This document shows positions 59,073 to 64,000 of a DNA stretch of 64,000 nucleotides, piece by piece. Source of the stretch: an uncultured Planctomycetia bacterium (GTDB lineage: Bacteria; Omnitrophota; Gorgyraeia; Tantalellales; Tantalellaceae); contig CAZGQR010000005.1 in assembly GCA_964527765.1 (NCBI GenBank), positions 2,402 through 66,401 of the forward strand. Reading direction: 5' to 3'. Below the pieces are notes generated by a model. That model searched no databases. It was not told the origin of the DNA and was given only the letters and a program-made list of their open reading frames with translations. Positions within the stretch are counted from its first letter, which is position 1. Each line of letters starts with the position of its first letter. Made by a program: the position numbers and the translations under genes.

Positions 59073-60118
59073 TGTCATTCAGACAGTACATACTTTCGCT
59101 TATGAAGGATGAGCGCAACGGTTTTGCGGACGTTATCGTGAAAGGCGTTCTTCGCTTCCTGTCCTGGATATACGCGGCGGCGATAAGGACCGTGGACTGG
59201 GGATACCGGTCGGGGCTCAGGAAGAGATACAAGGCGCCCGTGCCCGTTATCAGCGTCGGCAATGTAACCCTGGGAGGGACCGGGAAAACGCCCTTTACGA
59301 TATTCCTGGCGGACCATTTTTTAAGCGCCGGCAGGCATCCTGCGGTGCTCATAAGGGGATACGGTGAGGATGAAAGCAGGATGCTCAGGGACGAGTTGCC
59401 GGATGTCCCCGTTTTTGCCGGACAGGACAGGGTAAAAAGCGCCGCTTGCGCCGCGGAAAACGGAAGAGATGTCCTTATTCTTGATGACGGGTTCCAGCAC
59501 AGGCGGATAAGCAGGAACCTTGACATACTGCTCGTGGACAGTGTTTCGCTTTTCGGCAACGGCTCCCTGGTGCCGCGCGGGGTATTGAGAGAGCCGTTCT
59601 CGTCCTTGAAAAGAGCGGATATTTTCGTGCTGACAAAAGCCGACAGGATCGACGAGAAGTGCAAAAAAGATATTATCCGGAAACTAAGGGAAACCGCCGG
59701 CGAAAAGCCCATTGTCGTGGCCCGGCACAGCCCTTCTTTTCTGACGGATGTCACGGGAGGGGCGTATTCGGCGGACAGCCTTCGCGGGAAAAAGGTCGTT
59801 CTTGTCAGCGGCATAGTGGATCCGGATTATTTCGCTCTTCTGGTCGAGAAAAAAGGCGCGACGATCGTGTCACGGCGCGATTATCCCGACCACCATCGTT
59901 ACGCGCGCAAGGACATAAGCAGTATTTCACGCGAATGCGCTGAAAAAAAAGCCGAAGCGATAATCACCACCGGTAAGGATTATGTGAAGATCAAGGAACT
60001 GGACATTTCAGTCATAGAGGACAGATTATTTGTCCTGAACATCGTGATGGATATCGTGGAAGGAAAGGAGCGTCTCATTGCTGGACTTGATAGCGTCGCT
60101 GTTCGTCAGGGCAGTTAA
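59069..60118 (+). CDS. lpxK: Tetraacyldisaccharide 4'-kinase
   Basis: [32 protein letters not shown] and YPDHH motifs. Confidence 0.94.
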   Translation: MMSFRQYILSLMKDERNGFADVIVKGVLRFLSWIYAAAIRTVDWGYRSGLRKRYKAPVPVISVGNVTLGGTGKTPFTIFLADHFLSAGRHPAVLIRGYGEDESRMLRDELPDVPVFAGQDRVKSAACAAENGRDVLILDDGFQHRRISRNLDILLVDSVSLFGNGSLVPRGVLREPFSSLKRADIFVLTKADRIDEKCKKDIIRKLRETAGEKPIVVARHSPSFLTDVTGGAYSADSLRGKKVVLVSGIVDPDYFALLVEKKGATIVSRRDYPDHHRYARKDISSISRECAEKKAEAIITTGKDYVKIKELDISVIEDRLFVLNIVMDIVEGKERLIAGLDSVAVRQGS

Positions 60119-62021
60119 CATATTTTTTCATGTAATGCCTATCCGGTTCAATCTGTGGCTGGGGAGACGTTTCGGCGCGATGGTATATGCCTTGAGCGGC
60201 AAGAGAGGCAGGATCACCTATGCCAATCTGAAAGCCGCTTTTCAGGGGGAAAAGACGCCGGGCGAGATCAGGCGCATCACGAAAGGCGTATACAGGAACG
60301 CGTCCCAGACTTTCGCCGAGATCCTCTCCATGACAAAATTCGATAAGCGGTATATAGACAAATACGTCGTTGTGCGCAACAGGGAGCGCCTGAAAGAAGG
60401 ATCGAAAAATCCGAAAGGGATGATACTCATTTCCGCCCATTTCGGCAACTGGGAATTAAGCACGGTGACCAGCGTTATGATCGGATTTCCGTTACACCTG
60501 TTCGTAAGGGAGCAGAAGATGAAACGCCTTGACGAACTTTTGAATATGTTGCGGGAATCGAAGGGCAGCATCGTTATCCGTAAAGGCGCCGACGCCAAGA
60601 ACATATTCCGCGTCCTGCACCGCGGCAAAAGCGTGGGTATACTCGCGGATCAAAATGCCGGGCCGAACGGAGAACTCCTGGATTTTTTCGGACGCCCGGC
60701 ATCGACAGCCAAGGGGCCTTACAGGTTTGCCCAGAAAAGCGGCGCATGGATACTGCCGGCATTCATCCATAGAGTAAAAGGGCCTTATCACGAGATCGTA
60801 GTGGAGAAGCCGATGGTCATAAAAAAGGGTGAGGACGTGACGCCTTACATGCGGGAGTATAACCGCCTTCTCGAGAAACACATCAGGGCATATCCGGACC
60901 AGTGGCTGTGGATGCATAAGAGGTGGAAGATGACGCCGGTAAAAAAGGTCATGGTGCTGGATGACGGAAAGAAAGGGCATTTAAGGCAATCCCTTGCGGT
61001 GGTCAAACAGCTGAAACGCTACCGGGAAGAGGAAGGATATTCCCAGGATCAGACAGAAGTGGATATTGTCGGGATCCGGTTCAAGAATAAGATAACCAAG
61101 GCGATATTCAACTTCCTGGTCCCGTTTTTCTCGTTCAGCTGGCAGGGGCGTCTCGGATGCCTGAGGATGGCCCTGGACCGGAGGAGTTATGATACCGCGG
61201 TCAGCCGTTACGCGGACGTTATCGTAAGCTGCGGTTCGACGTTATCCGGCGTGAACAGAGTGTTGAAAGAGGAGAATCACGCCCGAAACGTGACGGTACT
61301 GGCCCCGGGTCTTTTAAACCGTAGAAAATTCGACCTTGTTATACTTCCCAGGCACGATTTTTCCGGCGGACGCCCCGGGGATAATGTTGTCATAACGGAT
61401 CTGGCGCCCAATCTTATTCAGGGGAATGAGATCGCCTCTTTCAAAAAAGAGATGGAACAGACGGGCGGACTCAAGGCGATGAAAAAGCCTTGCGTGGGAC
61501 TGCTCGTCGGCGGGGACAATCCTTATTTTGTTTTTGGGGAGAAGCTGACGCGGTCGGTCCTGGATGGGGCAAGAGCTGCATGTGAACGGCTGGACGGCTG
61601 CCTGTATGCGACCACCTCGCGCAGAACGCCGGACATCGCGGAAAAGATATTATCCGAAGCGCTCGGAAGCTATCCGAGGTGCGTGAAATTCGTTTCCGGC
61701 AGAAATGATAGTGACGAACACACCGTTGAAAAAATACTCGCGGTAAGCGATATAATACTTGTCTCGGGGGAAAGCATCTCGATGGTCTCGGAGGCTATTT
61801 CCTCGGGCAAACCGGTCCTTGTTTTTATGCCGGGAAAGAGAAAAGCGCGCCATACAAAATATGAACGGTTTGTGGAAAATCTCGAGCAGCAGGGATATCT
61901 CAGGCGCGTAAAACCCGAAGAAATTTCCGGCGAAGCGGTGCGCGCCGCCGGGCGCAAGACCGGGATCCGCCCGGCAGACGATAACAAACGAATACGCGAT
62001 AAGATGTACAAGTTATTTTGA
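60078..62021 (+). CDS. Lipid A late acyltransferase (LpxL-like) fused to ELM1/GtrOC1-like domain
   Basis: N-terminal AHFGNWE, LADQ, PDQWLWMHKRWK; C-terminal VLDDGKKGHLRQS, FDLVILPRHD, TTSRRTP and SISMVSEA.SSGKPV. Confidence 0.85.
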   Translation: MLDLIASLFVRAVNIFFHVMPIRFNLWLGRRFGAMVYALSGKRGRITYANLKAAFQGEKTPGEIRRITKGVYRNASQTFAEILSMTKFDKRYIDKYVVVRNRERLKEGSKNPKGMILISAHFGNWELSTVTSVMIGFPLHLFVREQKMKRLDELLNMLRESKGSIVIRKGADAKNIFRVLHRGKSVGILADQNAGPNGELLDFFGRPASTAKGPYRFAQKSGAWILPAFIHRVKGPYHEIVVEKPMVIKKGEDVTPYMREYNRLLEKHIRAYPDQWLWMHKRWKMTPVKKVMVLDDGKKGHLRQSLAVVKQLKRYREEEGYSQDQTEVDIVGIRFKNKITKAIFNFLVPFFSFSWQGRLGCLRMALDRRSYDTAVSRYADVIVSCGSTLSGVNRVLKEENHARNVTVLAPGLLNRRKFDLVILPRHDFSGGRPGDNVVITDLAPNLIQGNEIASFKKEMEQTGGLKAMKKPCVGLLVGGDNPYFVFGEKLTRSVLDGARAACERLDGCLYATTSRRTPDIAEKILSEALGSYPRCVKFVSGRNDSDEHTVEKILAVSDIILVSGESISMVSEAISSGKPVLVFMPGKRKARHTKYERFVENLEQQGYLRRVKPEEISGEAVRAAGRKTGIRPADDNKRIRDKMYKLF

Positions 62022-62049
62022 TTTTTAACGTTACGTTTTTACCTTTATC

Positions 62050-64000
62050 ATGAACATTCTGCAACTGGTTCCCGGACTTGACGTTGGAGGGGTGGAAAAA
62101 GGCACTGTCGAAGTGGCCCGTTACCTGACCCTCAACGGACATAAGGCGGTAGTGGTCTCCGGCGGCGGGGATTTTGAAAAAAATCTTGCCGCCGTCGGCG
62201 TCCGTCACTATGTTTTACCCATAGGCCGCAAGGATCCGTTCAGCATGGTTTACTGTTACTTCGCCCTCAAGAAGATCATCAGTAGGGAAAATATCGATAT
62301 CGTGCATGCAAGAAGCAGGATACCTGCGCTTACGGGATACTTCGCGGCAAGGGCCACGCACAGGACTTTCATGACCACGGCGCACGGGCAGTACAAGAAG
62401 CATCTTATCAGCAGGGTGATGGGATGGGGAAAAGTGGTCATTACCGCCAATGAGACGATGGCGAGATACATGAAGGAGAATTTCGGTGTCCCGCTCAGGA
62501 AGATAACCATTATACCGAGAGGGGTGGACCTGAAGAAGTTTTCATTCATTCCCCCCTCTGAAAGAGAGAGAAAGACTTTTCGAGTGGGAATGATATGCAG
62601 GTTCACGCCCGTGAAGGGACATTTGGATTTTCTAAAGGCCGCGGCGTATGTTTCAAGAAAGATGCATAATATCGAGATCATCCTGATGGGAGACAGGGCT
62701 TCCGCCAAAGAAGAATACATGAAAAAGATAGAGCTGACGATACGCCGCCTCATGATAGGCAATATTGTCAAGTTCAAAAGCAGCAGTGAAGACGTTTCAG
62801 AGGTAATGAAGCAGATGGACGTTCTTGTTTCGGCAAACAGGGAGCAGGAAGCCTTCGGCCGCTCGGTCATAGAGGCTCAGGCAAGAGGAGTGCCCGTTGT
62901 CGCCACGAGGGTGGGGGGAGTGGTGGAGAATATAGCCGATGGAGTGACGGGCCTCTTGTGTGAGCCGATGGACCCTTCGGGTATGGCTGATAAGATCCTG
63001 CGTTACGCGGAAGACCGGGAACTGGCACAAAAAGTGGCTACAGAAGCAAGAAAACGCATAGAAAAGGACTATTCGCTGGACAGAGTGATGAAAATGACGC
63101 TTAAGACGTATTCCAGCGTCCTCAGCCGGAAAAATATCGTTGTTTTTAAGATGAGCTCGCTCGGCGATATCATCCTCAGCGTGCCGTCAATTCGCGCTCT
63201 CAGGGAAAGGTTCCGGGACGCGAATATCAAGGTGCTCGTCGATGTCAATTTCCGGGAGGTGCTGGACAATTGTCCTTACATAGATGAGATTATTACCTGT
63301 GACTTTCATGGGAGGGACGGGGGCCTTGGGTTTTTTCGGCTTGGAGGGAGATTGCGAGCTGAGGATTTTGATGTCTCCGTGGACCTTCAGAATAACCGCA
63401 AGAGTCATCTGCTGGCTTTTCTGGGCGCCGTCACGGAAAGGTACGGATACGACAACGGCAAGTTGAGTTTTCTTCTTAACCGCAAGATCAGTCTTCCGGC
63501 CGGGCCTGTGGACCCGGTAAAGCACCAGGCGGGCGTTATGGGGCTCGTGGGGATAACGACCCTGGAACGCCGTCTTGAATTGTGGCCGGGGGAAGACGGA
63601 GACGCATGGGCGAAGAAATTTTTGGAAAGTAACTGGCTGAAAAAAGATCAGAAGCTGATCGCCATCAGCCTGTCAGCAAGCAGGAGATGGAAAACAAAGA
63701 ACTGGCCGATGTCGGCCATGCTGGAACTGGCGGAGATGCTTGCCAGGAAACACGGCATGCGGATCGTTCTTCTTGGAACGGATGACGACAAGCCGGATGC
63801 CGTGGAATTCAAGAAAAAGACGGAGGCAAAACCGATCGATGCTGTAGGAAAAACCAGCATTTCCCGGTTGATCGGCCTCATCAAGCGCTGTGACGCGCTT
63901 GTTACCGGTGATAGCGCTCCGATGCATATTGCCGCGGCCGTAGGGACACCGTTTGTTGCCATTTTTGGGCCGACCGACCCCGAACGGCATCTACCCCCGG
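62050..64000 (+). CDS. GT4 glycosyltransferase fused to GT9 heptosyltransferase-like domain (runs off window end)
   Basis: Translated by hand from ATG 62050: GGVEKG, VHARSRIPA, EAFGRSVIEA, then in the same frame KMSSLGDII and GDSAPMHIAAA.G.P..AIFGPT; absent from the ORF track because it has no stop inside the window. Confidence 0.88.
   Translation, partial: MNILQLVPGLDVGGVEKGTVEVARYLTLNGHKAVVVSGGGDFEKNLAAVGVRHYVLPIGRKDPFSMVYCYFALKKIISRENIDIVHARSRIPALTGYFAARATHRTFMTTAHGQYKKHLISRVMGWGKVVITANETMARYMKENFGVPLRKITIIPRGVDLKKFSFIPPSERERKTFRVGMICRFTPVKGHLDFLKAAAYVSRKMHNIEIILMGDRASAKEEYMKKIELTIRRLMIGNIVKFKSSSEDVSEVMKQMDVLVSANREQEAFGRSVIEAQARGVPVVATRVGGVVENIADGVTGLLCEPMDPSGMADKILRYAEDRELAQKVATEARKRIEKDYSLDRVMKMTLKTYSSVLSRKNIVVFKMSSLGDIILSVPSIRALRERFRDANIKVLVDVNFREVLDNCPYIDEIITCDFHGRDGGLGFFRLGGRLRAEDFDVSVDLQNNRKSHLLAFLGAVTERYGYDNGKLSFLLNRKISLPAGPVDPVKHQAGVMGLVGITTLERRLELWPGEDGDAWAKKFLESNWLKKDQKLIAISLSASRRWKTKNWPMSAMLELAEMLARKHGMRIVLLGTDDDKPDAVEFKKKTEAKPIDAVGKTSISRLIGLIKRCDALVTGDSAPMHIAAAVGTPFVAIFGPTDPERHLPP

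Noticed and set aside
55-63990. Numerous long antisense or alternative-frame ORFs (for example 22607-24391, 16463-18064, 51533-52924, 40102-41436)
   Set aside because: They lie opposite or within clearly conserved genes, show no recognisable motifs, and are the shadows expected from GC-rich codon usage.

Overview
Gene-dense core-genome window from a diderm (LPS-making) bacterium. Gene content and order suggest a PVC-related lineage such as Omnitrophota, which is an inference and not tested. About 55 CDSs, nearly all on the + strand: murJ-uvrC, prfB (classic +1 frameshift)-secA-lnt; a - strand block ECF sigma / zinc anti-sigma / spoVG / yraN / comM; polX-ligA; lysS-lolC/E-lolD-ilvE-mcsA-mcsB-clpC-hypothetical-mlaEFD-PIN/TRAM-ispF-cysE-cysS-tmk-holB-yaaT-metG; alkyltransferase-TatD/radical-SAM fusion-CPBP-mtnA-thiL-tsaE-tsaB-alr; ilvBNC-leuA-aroE-pilD-aroC-aroK-HD-GYP-dprA-topA-xerC-waaA-lpxK and two fused LPS enzymes. 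I saw no rRNA, tRNA, CRISPR array, transposase or phage gene. The most interesting signals are non-coding. (1) A bipartite motif TGAAAG-N17/18-GTCT(C)ATA occurs three times: before the anti-sigma gene, before spoVG-yraN-comM, and before the ilvB...pilD...dprA gene run. This suggests an ECF-sigma regulon that may control natural-transformation genes. (2) A 55-bp hairpin repeat with compensatory base changes follows three consecutive genes. (3) There is a 146-bp nested inverted-repeat element and an in-frame palindrome inside holB. (4) The lysS leader is structured and switch-like. Also notable are an AsmA/TamB-like gene coupled to mlaEFD and several domain fusions. All functional calls come from motif recognition by eye; no database searches were run.
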